Assembly: GCA_964486065.1 (NCBI GenBank)
Contig: CAZAKN010000001.1
Span: 157,640-221,639, forward strand
Reading direction: 5' to 3'
Source of the DNA: an uncultured Gammaproteobacteria bacterium
Lineage (GTDB): Bacteria > Patescibacteriota > Patescibacteriia > UBA11705 > JABHMO01
DNA: 64,000 bases
Shown here piece by piece: positions 55,052-64,000 of the stretch. The position numbers and the translations under genes are program-made. The notes beneath the pieces are model-generated. The model made no database searches. It saw nothing but the letters and a program-made list of their open reading frames with translations, and was not told the DNA's origin. Numbering within the stretch: position 1 is the first letter of the stretch; each line of letters begins with the position of its first letter.

Positions 55052-56035
55052 TTAAAGCTCTCCCAAAGGATAGCCATCACCTTCTTTGTAAGCGCCGATG
55101 TTCATCGGTTCTCCGTTGAAGAATGCGACCACCGGAGGATTATGCCTTCCTTCCCAGCGACTACCGTTTGTCAGATCGGTAGCATAGTTTCCAAGCGAAC
55201 AGTCCGCTTCCGTCAATTCCCAGGAAACGCACTCCCACTCGGCATGATCAATCCCCCAATCATCTTCCATGCATTCACTGAAAGAACACATTCTGTATGA
55301 TGGGTGATCGTTCATGATTTGCCCCCAGCCTCCTTCTTTACAGGAGTCAAAGACCAAACTCCCGTAATAGGACTCCACGATATACTGCCAACAAATGATG
55401 AACCGTCCCGTTTGGAAATGCTCGTCACCATCGGGAATATCTCCGTCTTCGGGCTCGTCGCCGTCTTCCGGTTCATCACCGTCTTCCGGTTCATCACCGT
55501 CTTCAGGTTCGTCACCGTCTACCGGTTCTTCCCGGTCTTCCACCGGTTCTTCGCCTTCCGGCTCGGAACCGTCATCGTCGGGCATATCGCCATCCCCCTC
55601 GGCGTTTCCCCAGCCGTTTTTAATGTCTCCTTCGTACACGCAACGGCCCAGCTTTTCCTCGCGTCGTAGGCCCATGGATTCGGCCAATGCCTCGGCTTCC
55701 TCCTCGGTGAAGCTTCCGTACTCACCTTCCACTTCGTCCAGCGATTCCAGCTGGACACACTCCCAAGCTTCCGGGCAGGCGCTAGTCTTCGGCGATTCAT
55801 ACTGAACCTGTCCGTTTTGACTAATCGAAAATGTCAACCTGCAAAAATCATACAGGCATCTTTTTTCTTCCGGGTTTTCTTTGCTAAGACCGCAAATATA
55901 CCCTTCTTCGCATTCCTTATCTTGAATGCAGATCTCCGGACTTTCGTCAGTTTTCACCGTTCCGAGATCGACGACCGTCTGGCAACCCATTACCCCGACG
56001 ACGATCAAAAACATCAACAATATACTGTAACGCAT
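55052..56035 (-). CDS. L5: Cys-rich lipoprotein with DGDEPE repeats
   Basis: VMGC lipobox; AAGGAGG SD; 18-bp tandem repeat at about 55420-55520; promoter TTGACA-N17-TAATAT (56112-56084). Confidence 0.85.
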   Translation of the reverse strand: MRYSILLMFLIVVGVMGCQTVVDLGTVKTDESPEICIQDKECEEGYICGLSKENPEEKRCLYDFCRLTFSISQNGQVQYESPKTSACPEAWECVQLESLDEVEGEYGSFTEEEAEALAESMGLRREEKLGRCVYEGDIKNGWGNAEGDGDMPDDDGSEPEGEEPVEDREEPVDGDEPEDGDEPEDGDEPEDGDEPEDGDIPDGDEHFQTGRFIICWQYIVESYYGSLVFDSCKEGGWGQIMNDHPSYRMCSFSECMEDDWGIDHAEWECVSWELTEADCSLGNYATDLTNGSRWEGRHNPPVVAFFNGEPMNIGAYKEGDGYPLGEL

Positions 56036-56161
56036 GGCGTCCTCCTTTTTTTTGGGATAAAAATTTTTTGAAAAGAACAATTTATATTATCAAATAATCT
56101 TATTTTTGTCAAGTATTATGCCATTTTTAGTGTTTTTGTAAAATATTTTTTAATATTAAAA

Positions 56162-56185
56162 AATCCGCTCCATTTGGAGCGGATT
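56162..56185 (-). terminator. Terminator of L6
   Basis: aatccgctcca-tt-tggagcggatt. Confidence 0.78.
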
Positions 56186-56202
56186 ATGGTTGTTTAAAGA
56201 AC

Positions 56203-57072
56203 TTACTCGTCGCCGGGCGCGACGGGCTGTAGATACCAACCCAGATCGTATTCGCCGACGGTCCCCAAGACCTCGTTGAAGGCCACCGACAGCGGCTTTT
56301 TGCTTTCGCCAAGCCAATTGGACCCGTTGGTCAGCGCTACCTTAAAGTTGCCGGATGCACAGGCCTCCGCATCAACGAACCACGCCACACAGTTGCCCAT
56401 ATGGCTGTAAGCCCCGTCTGCGTCTTGCCACTGAGTGTAGCCCGCCGACTCGCAGGAGTCGAAGACCAAGCTACCGTAGTAGCCGGCTGGGATAGCATCC
56501 CAGCACACTTCAATGGCATACTCCTCCGGTAACTCAATCGGCGTTCCGGGATCTTGAGTATCCGGAACATCCCCGTCTTCAGGCTCGTCACCATCGGGGA
56601 TATCACCGTCTTCCGGTTCATCACCGTCTTCGGGTTCGTCGCCATCGGGGATATCGCCGTCTTCAACGGCGTTTCCCCACCCACGAGGCAGGTGCGAGAT
56701 TTTCTCACACTGACCGAGCAACTCGGACTCACTCAGTCCGAGCGTTTCCGAATGATCTTCCTGATCCTCCATGTCCAACACCACGCAAGTGTATTCTTCC
56801 GGACAAGCAGACACTTCCGCCAGATCATCCTGGACTACGCCATGAATGTCTTGCGTGTACTCCAACACGCAAAACGGCGTGCACCGTTTGCCTTCCAGAT
56901 CGCTATAATAACCTTCGGCGCAAATCTGCGCCACTCCACATGTTTCATCCGTCACGCACCGTTCCGGACTTTCGTCCGTTTTGATGGTGCCTAACTCTGC
57001 TTCCGTGTGACAGCCCGCCGTAAGTCCGGCGAAAACCATCACCAACACGATCAAAAAGATCATTCGGTTCAT
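56203..57072 (-). CDS. L6: Cys-rich lipoprotein, paralog of L5
   Basis: LTAGC lipobox; LGTxKTDESPExC, YYGSLVFDSC and LTNGSxW shared with L5. Confidence 0.85.
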   Translation of the reverse strand: MNRMIFLIVLVMVFAGLTAGCHTEAELGTIKTDESPERCVTDETCGVAQICAEGYYSDLEGKRCTPFCVLEYTQDIHGVVQDDLAEVSACPEEYTCVVLDMEDQEDHSETLGLSESELLGQCEKISHLPRGWGNAVEDGDIPDGDEPEDGDEPEDGDIPDGDEPEDGDVPDTQDPGTPIELPEEYAIEVCWDAIPAGYYGSLVFDSCESAGYTQWQDADGAYSHMGNCVAWFVDAEACASGNFKVALTNGSNWLGESKKPLSVAFNEVLGTVGEYDLGWYLQPVAPGDE

Positions 57073-57180
57073 GGGTTCCTCCTTGCAACTCCGAAAATCG
57101 GGCTGCGCTAGAATTTTCAAAAAGACCACCTCTGGATTATTCCAGCTTAAAAGCTTAACTCATTAAGCCCTTAAGTTGAA

Positions 57181-57205
57181 GGGAAATTGCATCTTGCAAT
57201 TTCCC
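57181..57205 (-). terminator. Hairpin (possibly leaky terminator) after the 57217 gene
   Basis: gggaaattgca-tct-tgcaatttccc with a weak U-tract. Confidence 0.55.
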
Positions 57206-57216
57206 GTTTGAGGTTA

Positions 57217-57666
57217 TTAATTAACCTCTACGGTGTTCTTCAGAACACCCGTCGCGGCCAAAATGCCGAGAACGATTCCCGTCACCCCGCCAATCACCAA
57301 GACGGAGATTGTGGCAGCACCCGGACCGGTGTGCGCCCAATTTTTCACCTTTTGTTGTTCGGCGAGCACCACGCCGGTGCTGTCGTTCACTTGAATGGCG
57401 TTGGCGTCAAACTTCGTTTCATTCACGAGAACCGTGGCGCCGTCGGCGTCCAGCCTTTTGTTCTGTTTGGCTGTGGCGGGGGCTTTTTCCTCCGCTTTCG
57501 CCGGTGGTTTGGGAATGGGTCCCTTGACCGCCACGGTTTTGGTCGCCGGGGCCTTGGGACCTTCTTCTGGCGTCGCTTGAATCTTGTTCTCCCCGGCCAT
57601 GGCCGGGACGACGATCATCATGTTGGCGAAAGCCAACATCAGCAAAATAACGAAAAACTGTTTCAT
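57217..57666 (-). CDS. Exported orphan protein with P/A/K-rich linker and C-terminal Gly-rich TM
   Basis: Signal peptide ending PAMA; AAGGAG SD; promoter TTGACA-N17-TAAGTT (57766-57738). Confidence 0.75.
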   Translation of the reverse strand: MKQFFVILLMLAFANMMIVVPAMAGENKIQATPEEGPKAPATKTVAVKGPIPKPPAKAEEKAPATAKQNKRLDADGATVLVNETKFDANAIQVNDSTGVVLAEQQKVKNWAHTGPGAATISVLVIGGVTGIVLGILAATGVLKNTVEVN

Positions 57667-57810
57667 GTCCATGTCTCCTTGCAGGCAAAACGCCCGCTGT
57701 AAGGGGTGGGTAAACTTTCAATGATCTTCGATATCTGAACTTAATAAAATCAGTTGATTTTGTCAAGTTTCCTCTTCTGAAAAAACGATTAATCATTTTT
57801 TCGGAAAAAG

Positions 57811-57836
57811 GCGCGAGGCGAAGCTTCGCCTCGCGC
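57811..57836. terminator. Intrinsic terminator
   Basis: gcgcgaggcgaagcttcgcctcgcgc palindrome with an A-tract. Confidence 0.78.
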
Positions 57837-57845
57837 GTATTCTTT

Positions 57846-58514
57846 TTAATGAGCTTCCAGCTGGATGGTTCCTGCCGGAACATGCGTGACGAACTTTCTC
57901 GTCTTCGCCGGATCCAGCTTGATCAACGGAAGTCCCTCTTCCTGGAACCTTGCGTCTATCTCGGAATGGATCGTAGCGATGTCCTCATCCGTCAAGACCA
58001 CTTCTTCCGCCGGAAGACGGATCTTTTCAACTCCACCGACTGATGCCGTTGCCAGCACCGTCGGAAATCCTCCGTTTCCTTCCTTTGTGCCGGCATTGCG
58101 GTGGTGAGAACGATTTTTCACCAAACCTCTGCCACGCCAACGCTTACGCGCCGGCTCGCATACCTTCTCGGCATCCACGAACTGGCACCAGGTATTGCAC
58201 TGGTTTGAACTACGGTAGCCCCTGAAACAAGACTCCGCGCCTCCGAGGCACTCGCAACATTCCTTGGGCTTACACTCTTCACTGCCGAAGCAGTAGAGGT
58301 AGCCCTCCAAGACTTCTTTTTCCAGGCCGGCCGTGGCCAAGTTCGTTTCCAGTTCGGCGATCTCCATGTTCGCGACTTTCAACTGTCGCGAAACTTGATC
58401 TGATCTCCGCTCGGCGTCCGTGGTCTGTCCGATCTGGTGGAAGTAAGCCACCAGCACCAAAACCATGATTGCCAAAACGAAGTACAATCCTGTTTTCGAA
58501 GTTTTCTCGCTCAT
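57846..58514 (-). CDS. Orphan: TM, coiled coil and Cys-rich segment
   Basis: GGAGG-N5-ATG; promoter TTGACA-N17-TAAGTT (58611-58583). Confidence 0.75.
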   Translation of the reverse strand: MSEKTSKTGLYFVLAIMVLVLVAYFHQIGQTTDAERRSDQVSRQLKVANMEIAELETNLATAGLEKEVLEGYLYCFGSEECKPKECCECLGGAESCFRGYRSSNQCNTWCQFVDAEKVCEPARKRWRGRGLVKNRSHHRNAGTKEGNGGFPTVLATASVGGVEKIRLPAEEVVLTDEDIATIHSEIDARFQEEGLPLIKLDPAKTRKFVTHVPAGTIQLEAH

Positions 58515-58837
58515 GTTTTCCTCCAGGAAAATGTTATTAAAATTTTTCAAAAAACTGTTTATTGGTTTTTACCCAATGCCAAAACTTAGCATAATCAAAA
58601 AAAAGTGTCAAGTACACTTTTGTCATTGATTTCAAGGCTCTGTTCGGTCAATTATTGAGAAAAATCCGAATAACTCTCCAAGCTTATCACTATGTTTTTT
58701 TATGTCAAATTAAACCAATATTTATTCAGATATAAAACACATCTCTAATCAGTCACATAATGAATATTTATACTAATTTTAGATAAAAAAATGGCTACGC
58801 AAATATTTACATAGCCATAAAATCGTTTTTTTGACAA

Positions 58838-60550
58838 TCAGATCAACTTGCTGATCAAAAAGCCAAAAGCATTGACAATAGCGCTCGCCACATTCGTGGC
58901 CAAGTATTTCGCCACTTCCATTCTTTCATCCCATTCCTGTGGCAAATCAACCACACCATTAGAATACAGCACCAAGAAAATTGCTACCGCCAGCATGGCC
59001 ACAGCCAACCAGGTCGGAAAAAGTACCACCACTTGGGCGGACTTATCTTCTTCCTGTTCCGTTTCTTCTTCTTGCGCCATGGGATTGATCAAGCCCGTTG
59101 TTTTTTCAGAGGGAGGATCATTTATCTGTTCAACCATTTCCCGATTGGAAGCTTCAACCTGTGCAATTATTTCTCCCGGATCAGCTTGCATATCCAAGGA
59201 ACGCAAAACCGAAATTATGAATTCCAGCTGTTCCCTCTCCTTTGCCAGAGCTTCTTCTTGCGTATTAATCCGCAACTCTTGATTTCCTTTCAATGCCAGC
59301 AGAATTCTTTCCAGCCCCTCATCCGAATAGGTCGCCACTCGGCGATCTTGACGAAGAGAGCTTTTCATCCGTTCAGCCCAAGCAATTTCATCTTGATAAC
59401 CAGCCTCTTCTTCCAGTTCTTCGCGAAAATCTTCAGCTTCTTCAGGCTCAGCCACGACTTGTTCGGATTCTTGATCCTCAACCTTTTCTTTACACGATGA
59501 TTGTGGCTTCAGATTAACTCTCGTGCTTATGCTCGGAGTTTCATATTTCTCGTCCGTCATGTCAGCTTCATCATCCGTTTCTTGCCCGATTTCCGCAAGC
59601 GTGGCGTCCGCTTCTTCCATAGCGTCTTCATCATCATCCGGCGCTTGATAAGTAATCGGCACATCCACAATCTCGCTCCCACATTTCGGGCATTTACCCA
59701 TGATAAAATCCTCAGTGGAAGCAAAGACTTCAGAGCAAGACTTACATCTGTAAACTTTGTCGGGTGCGGGATCAGGTTTAGACACGGTTTGTTCGGAGGT
59801 GGATTCCGCTTCGCGGGGAATTTGCTCCGGCTCTGCCGGCAATTCTTCCAACACGATAACGGGCGATTCAGGAATTTCTTCGGCCAAAGATTGATCCGTA
59901 AATGATTCGTCTTTTTCATCCGGTAATACAAGTGCGGACAAATCTTTACTTTTCATCTCGTCCGGTGGCGCGACTTGCTCCGAAGATTTTTCACCTTCCT
60001 CTTTAGGTTTAGCGATCTTTGCCGCTTTTTCAGCTTCAGCAAAGAAATCTTCTTCCAATCTTTTCTGTTTTTGATCTTCCGAAAATGGTGCCTCTTTCTT
60101 CTTTTCGCGTTCAGCGCTTTGTTTCAATTTGTTCCCCGCATCATTGTCCATGTATTTACCACACCTGGGACAACGAGCTTGCGTATACTCCGTGCTACTA
60201 TAATCACACTCCGGATGACCGGAACAAACATAGAAACTCTTTTCCTTTTTCTGCGCTTGCTTTCTCTCTTCCCATAAGTGATACAATTCGGCGCTTTTAT
60301 CAACCTCATAGTCCTTAGTTTCCAAATCAGTTTTCCTTTGAAAACTTTCATAAACGACCACCCAAGTTTTATCCTTACTCAAAAGACAAGAGCAGTTACC
60401 ACAATAACCTTCAATATGATCAATGTCATGACGAGAACCGCAATTACCACAAACCAATTTATACACAGTCCCCATGCTTTCCCAATCTTCATGGGCTTGG
60501 GCTTCTTGAGCGTTTTTGGGAAGCTCTTGTTTTTTACTGAAAAATCCCAT
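58838..60550 (-). CDS. Orphan multi-zinc-ribbon acidic protein with C-terminal TM
   Basis: Three pairs of Cys knuckles; AAGGAG SD; promoter TTGACA-N17-TAAATT (60635-60607). Confidence 0.8.
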   Translation of the reverse strand: MGFFSKKQELPKNAQEAQAHEDWESMGTVYKLVCGNCGSRHDIDHIEGYCGNCSCLLSKDKTWVVVYESFQRKTDLETKDYEVDKSAELYHLWEERKQAQKKEKSFYVCSGHPECDYSSTEYTQARCPRCGKYMDNDAGNKLKQSAEREKKKEAPFSEDQKQKRLEEDFFAEAEKAAKIAKPKEEGEKSSEQVAPPDEMKSKDLSALVLPDEKDESFTDQSLAEEIPESPVIVLEELPAEPEQIPREAESTSEQTVSKPDPAPDKVYRCKSCSEVFASTEDFIMGKCPKCGSEIVDVPITYQAPDDDEDAMEEADATLAEIGQETDDEADMTDEKYETPSISTRVNLKPQSSCKEKVEDQESEQVVAEPEEAEDFREELEEEAGYQDEIAWAERMKSSLRQDRRVATYSDEGLERILLALKGNQELRINTQEEALAKEREQLEFIISVLRSLDMQADPGEIIAQVEASNREMVEQINDPPSEKTTGLINPMAQEEETEQEEDKSAQVVVLFPTWLAVAMLAVAIFLVLYSNGVVDLPQEWDERMEVAKYLATNVASAIVNAFGFLISKLI

Positions 60551-60640
60551 GATCATCTCCTTTGTAAGGTACCTGCGATTTGTTTTCACACTTAAAGCAT
60601 TGTAGCAATTTAACAATATACGACAAGATTGTCAATCCAC

Positions 60641-60676
60641 AAAAAAGCCCTTCACCAAAGGCGAAGGGCTTTTTTC
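60641..60676. terminator. Bidirectional terminator
   Basis: aaaaaagcccttc...gaagggctttttt. Confidence 0.8.
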
Positions 60677-60694
60677 TATCTATATAATTGAATA

Positions 60695-61339
60695 TTATTT
60701 ATGCTGAAACAGTTTATCTCGCTTCGGATTATAAGTAATCACCACAAAAGACGCGCCCACGATAAATCCTCCCACCAAACCCAAAAACAAATTAAGTAAA
60801 ATGTTGGGCTTGGCCGGATATTGTGAAGCCAAAGGCTCATCCAAAATCTTCAAATCAATATCGGAAATCGCCAAATAATCATCTTTTTCAGTTGTTAAGG
60901 TGTAAGCCACGGCTTGCGCAATTTGTACGGCTTGGTTCGGATCAGGATGATAAATCTCCACCACCAAAGTGCTCAAACCACCCGGCACATAAGCATTGAT
61001 CGTGTCCACCCACAACTCGCGTCTCTCTCTTTCTTCTTGAGGAAAATATTCCCGTTCAATGGGATAGCCGGACGCCAAAACTTTATCTAAAAATGATCCG
61101 TAATAAACAACTTGCGCTAATTTATTGGCGGTGCGCTCTTCCGACTTGGCCGCGCTATAAGCATCAATACTGAAACTGGATTTCTGTAAAACCAAAATAC
61201 TGGCATCGGCACGATATTTAAAAGGTTGAATCAAAGTGATTAAAAGCGCGATCAAGACAAAAATCAAAGTTATAATGAAAACCTTTTTCCAATCTCTTTT
61301 CACTATTTCATAATAATTGATTTTCCTGATATTTTCCAT
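60695..61339 (-). CDS. Wzz/YveK-like polysaccharide chain-length/co-polymerase family protein
   Basis: Two terminal TMs; P.YRADASILV; PAKPNILLN. Confidence 0.75.
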   Translation of the reverse strand: MENIRKINYYEIVKRDWKKVFIITLIFVLIALLITLIQPFKYRADASILVLQKSSFSIDAYSAAKSEERTANKLAQVVYYGSFLDKVLASGYPIEREYFPQEERERRELWVDTINAYVPGGLSTLVVEIYHPDPNQAVQIAQAVAYTLTTEKDDYLAISDIDLKILDEPLASQYPAKPNILLNLFLGLVGGFIVGASFVVITYNPKRDKLFQHK

Positions 61340-61401
61340 ATAATGAAGTTAAAATAAAACCTCTTTATTATATAATATATTTTTCATTTTGTCAACCCTG
61401 A

Positions 61402-62526
61402 TTAATATTCCCCCAATTCAATATCAAATGATTTTTCTTCACCATTACGAATAACAAAGAATTTTATTTTATCATGAGGTTGATATTCTGAAAGCAAAGT
61501 ACTCAAATTGCGAACCGAAGATAATTCTTCTTGTTCAATTTTTATTATAATATCACCGCTTTTCAATATTTCCTTCGCCGGACTGTCATACGCAATGGCT
61601 GAAGCGGATGGAATATATGCTCCTGAATTAACCGTTAATTCAGGATAAGCTATTTCGTTCAAATCATAAAATTTTATTCCCAAATATGGCCAGACTTTTT
61701 CTTCTTCAATCCCCACATGACGCATTACGGGCATGATTTGATTTAAAGGTAAAACTTCACCTCTAACATTAAGTATTATTCCGATCACTCTACCATCAAA
61801 ACCTATTACCGGCGCGCCGACATAATCGGCATTGATTTCCGAATCAAGTTTATACTTCTTGTAAAATTCTTCGGAAGAATGAAGATAATTAACCGGCTTA
61901 TCGCTACGCAAAGCGTCAGAAAAACTACTAAATTCCGATAATGCCAAATTGGCTAAACGAGCTCCGAATAAACTGTCCGATCCATCCAAAGAAAAAACCG
62001 ACTGCCCTTGAATCAAGTCATTTTTCAAAGCGAATTCCGCCACGGATAAATTCTGCGCTTCAATTTTCAAAAAAACCACGCCCGTGCGAAGATCGGTTTT
62101 TCTCTTTTCAGCAACATGTAATTCATTATCCGATGTTTTTATGTAAAACTTCTCTTGTCCGCTCGGCAAAAATTCATCCAATAGCATAATCAAACCATCA
62201 CCGGTGACAATCATTCCCTTACTTAAATAATCAGCCGGCTTTACACTTTTTCCCGAAACTTCATATTTGTAAACATTAACCAAAGCCGGTTTGACTTTGG
62301 CCACGCTCTCATTAAGTTGACGATCAAATTCTATAATCTTTTTCTCTTGTTGTTTGTTTTCCACCAATTCATCCAACCGCTTAGTCAAATCATCAAAATT
62401 TTTAAAGTCCAAATACGGATCGGGTAACAAAAAACTGTTCACCCACAATTCTCCGACCACACCGGCAAAAAACCCGATCGCTACAAAGATCAATAAACTT
62501 ATAATAAATGATTTTGATTGACGCAT
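61402..62526 (-). CDS. HtrA-like trypsin+PDZ protein, probably catalytically inactive
   Basis: N-terminal TM, VKPALVNV, PYLGI, SPA...GDII; catalytic motifs degenerate. Confidence 0.75.
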   Translation of the reverse strand: MRQSKSFIISLLIFVAIGFFAGVVGELWVNSFLLPDPYLDFKNFDDLTKRLDELVENKQQEKKIIEFDRQLNESVAKVKPALVNVYKYEVSGKSVKPADYLSKGMIVTGDGLIMLLDEFLPSGQEKFYIKTSDNELHVAEKRKTDLRTGVVFLKIEAQNLSVAEFALKNDLIQGQSVFSLDGSDSLFGARLANLALSEFSSFSDALRSDKPVNYLHSSEEFYKKYKLDSEINADYVGAPVIGFDGRVIGIILNVRGEVLPLNQIMPVMRHVGIEEEKVWPYLGIKFYDLNEIAYPELTVNSGAYIPSASAIAYDSPAKEILKSGDIIIKIEQEELSSVRNLSTLLSEYQPHDKIKFFVIRNGEEKSFDIELGEY

Positions 62527-62539
62527 AAAAAAATAATTA

Positions 62540-63301
62540 TTAATACCATCTGGCGGTAGCCAGCACAATTATCAAGCAAATACTTGAAATAGTCAAATAT
62601 GAAATCAAACGCCCGCGATCCAAAGAATCGCGAAGAAAATGTTTGCCCAAACTTAGCATGAGAAAATACCCCAAACTGAGAGTGAAACTATTCACAAAAT
62701 ATCCGGTCGGCAAATAAGCCAAAGCGACAAATAACTCGGCGCAAACAATCATTACAGCCAAAATAATCAACCAAGTTTTGGAAAAAGAAATTTTGTTTAT
62801 CCAATAAAATTGGTATGCAAGAGCGAACACCAATGTTAATAAAATTAAAAGTAACAACCAAATATTAAATTTCAAAAGCAAATGAGCGCTGAACAAAGCC
62901 GTGGACGCGAAAAAAATCGCAAATACATTCAAATAAAAAGATAAACTTTCCAGAGAATACGGTTGATATTTGAAAGGAAAATAAAAATACAAATAATATT
63001 GCCTGAAATAAACATAAAAAGCCAAACCTGAAAAAAACACCATGACATGGATCAATGCTTCCCTTTCCAGAAAAGCGATAAAAAAACAAACAGACAAATA
63101 GAATAATAATGGCAAAATAAAAAAGTTAAGAAAATTTCTTCTCAACTTTATTTTCCCTAAAACAAACAAAGTCAAAGCGATCAATACACCGAAAGATCCC
63201 ACGAAATAATGCCAATATTCACTATGTGACAAAGAGTACTCCAAACCGAAAATCCAAAACAAAGGGATAATCAGAAGCAAAAGTCCTCGTAATATAAACA
63301 T
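62540..63301 (-). CDS. Polytopic membrane protein
   Basis: About eight TM segments. Confidence 0.75.
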   Translation of the reverse strand: MFILRGLLLLIIPLFWIFGLEYSLSHSEYWHYFVGSFGVLIALTLFVLGKIKLRRNFLNFFILPLLFYLSVCFFIAFLEREALIHVMVFFSGLAFYVYFRQYYLYFYFPFKYQPYSLESLSFYLNVFAIFFASTALFSAHLLLKFNIWLLLLILLTLVFALAYQFYWINKISFSKTWLIILAVMIVCAELFVALAYLPTGYFVNSFTLSLGYFLMLSLGKHFLRDSLDRGRLISYLTISSICLIIVLATARWY

Positions 63302-63307
63302 AATTTA

Positions 63308-64000
63308 TTAAATTTTATGTTCTTCCTTGGTGGTCCAAAATTCTTTCAAAATAACACTGATGGCGGTAGCCACGGGAATAGCCAAAATAATTCCGATCAT
63401 GCCACCTATTTTCGCTCCGACCAATAAAGCCACAATGCTGATAATCGGATTCAAACCAACCGCTCGTTGCATGATTTTCGGCACCAACAAATGATTCTCA
63501 ATCTGCTGAATAACGATATACAAAGCCAAAACAAACAAAGCCTTAACCGGTGATTGAGTGAAAGCGATAAATACCGCGGGAATAGCGGAAATAATCGGCC
63601 CGATATACGGCACGAATTCACCAAAAGCCGCCACCAAAGCCAAGATCAAAGCATAATTGACTCCCAAAACAAGTAAACCGATATAACTTAAAACTCCCAA
63701 AATCAAACTTAAGATCATTTGCCCTTTTAGCCAATCACCTATTTTGCGTTGAACCTTATTGATAAGTTGTAAAGTAAACGGTTGATACTTGTCCGGTAGA
63801 ACATAAGTCAATGTTCTTTTCATGGCGCTTTCTTCCACGGTCATGTAAAAAGTTATAACCAAAATCAAGAAAAAAGATACTATGCCACCGAAAATTCCGT
63901 AAACCGTGCTAAATACTCCTTGAAAATATTCCGGCAAACTGTTCTGCATACCGGCAATCCCTTGATTTAACTTTTCCAACACGCCATGATCCTCGAAAAA
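63308..64000 (-). CDS. AI-2E (PerM-like) family transporter, 5' end outside the window
   Basis: WLKGQ, FVPYIGP, QQIENHLLVPKIM, GLNP, ILAIP; reading frame open to the window edge. Confidence 0.88.
   Translation of the reverse strand, partial: FFEDHGVLEKLNQGIAGMQNSLPEYFQGVFSTVYGIFGGIVSFFLILVITFYMTVEESAMKRTLTYVLPDKYQPFTLQLINKVQRKIGDWLKGQMILSLILGVLSYIGLLVLGVNYALILALVAAFGEFVPYIGPIISAIPAVFIAFTQSPVKALFVLALYIVIQQIENHLLVPKIMQRAVGLNPIISIVALLVGAKIGGMIGIILAIPVATAISVILKEFWTTKEEHKI

Noticed and set aside
44311-57072. Diversity-generating retroelement TR/VR pair
   Set aside because: No reverse transcriptase in the window; differences between repeats are mostly synonymous and not adenine-specific
44195-60676. 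Prophage, ICE or transposon
   Set aside because: No integrase, transposase, phage or conjugation genes, and no flanking att direct repeats seen

Overview
The window looks like a Patescibacteria/CPR (Parcubacteria or ABY1-like) chromosome segment using genetic code 11; this is inferred from gene content and style, not from a search. Almost all housekeeping genes lie on the minus strand: rplU, a WecA/MraY-family transferase, a membrane-anchored Clp ATPase, uvrD/pcrA, queH, gatA/gatC, ligA, gap, rseP, murI, lemA with a TPM protein, glyQS, frr, holB, mreB, dus, cysS, an hrcA-grpE-hsp20-dnaK-dnaJ operon with a perfect CIRCE, and glycosyltransferase/O-antigen ligase genes. A second class of about 15 orphan genes has a different expression grammar: usually its own sigma70 promoter, then a boxA-like motif, often a hairpin, a strong Shine-Dalgarno (SD) and an intrinsic terminator. 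The housekeeping genes nearly all have AT-rich leaders with no SD. The largest block of orphans (44.3-60.6 kb) is GC-richer and encodes six Cys-rich lipoproteins with acidic DGD linkers, resembling myxobacterial/deltaproteobacterial proteins and showing domain shuffling. Two promoter-to-terminator units appear to encode structured noncoding RNAs: one of about 200 nt (4882-5090, minus) and an 82-nt tRNA-like RNA (28480-28561, plus). No CRISPR array, rRNA, integrase, transposase or reverse transcriptase was seen.
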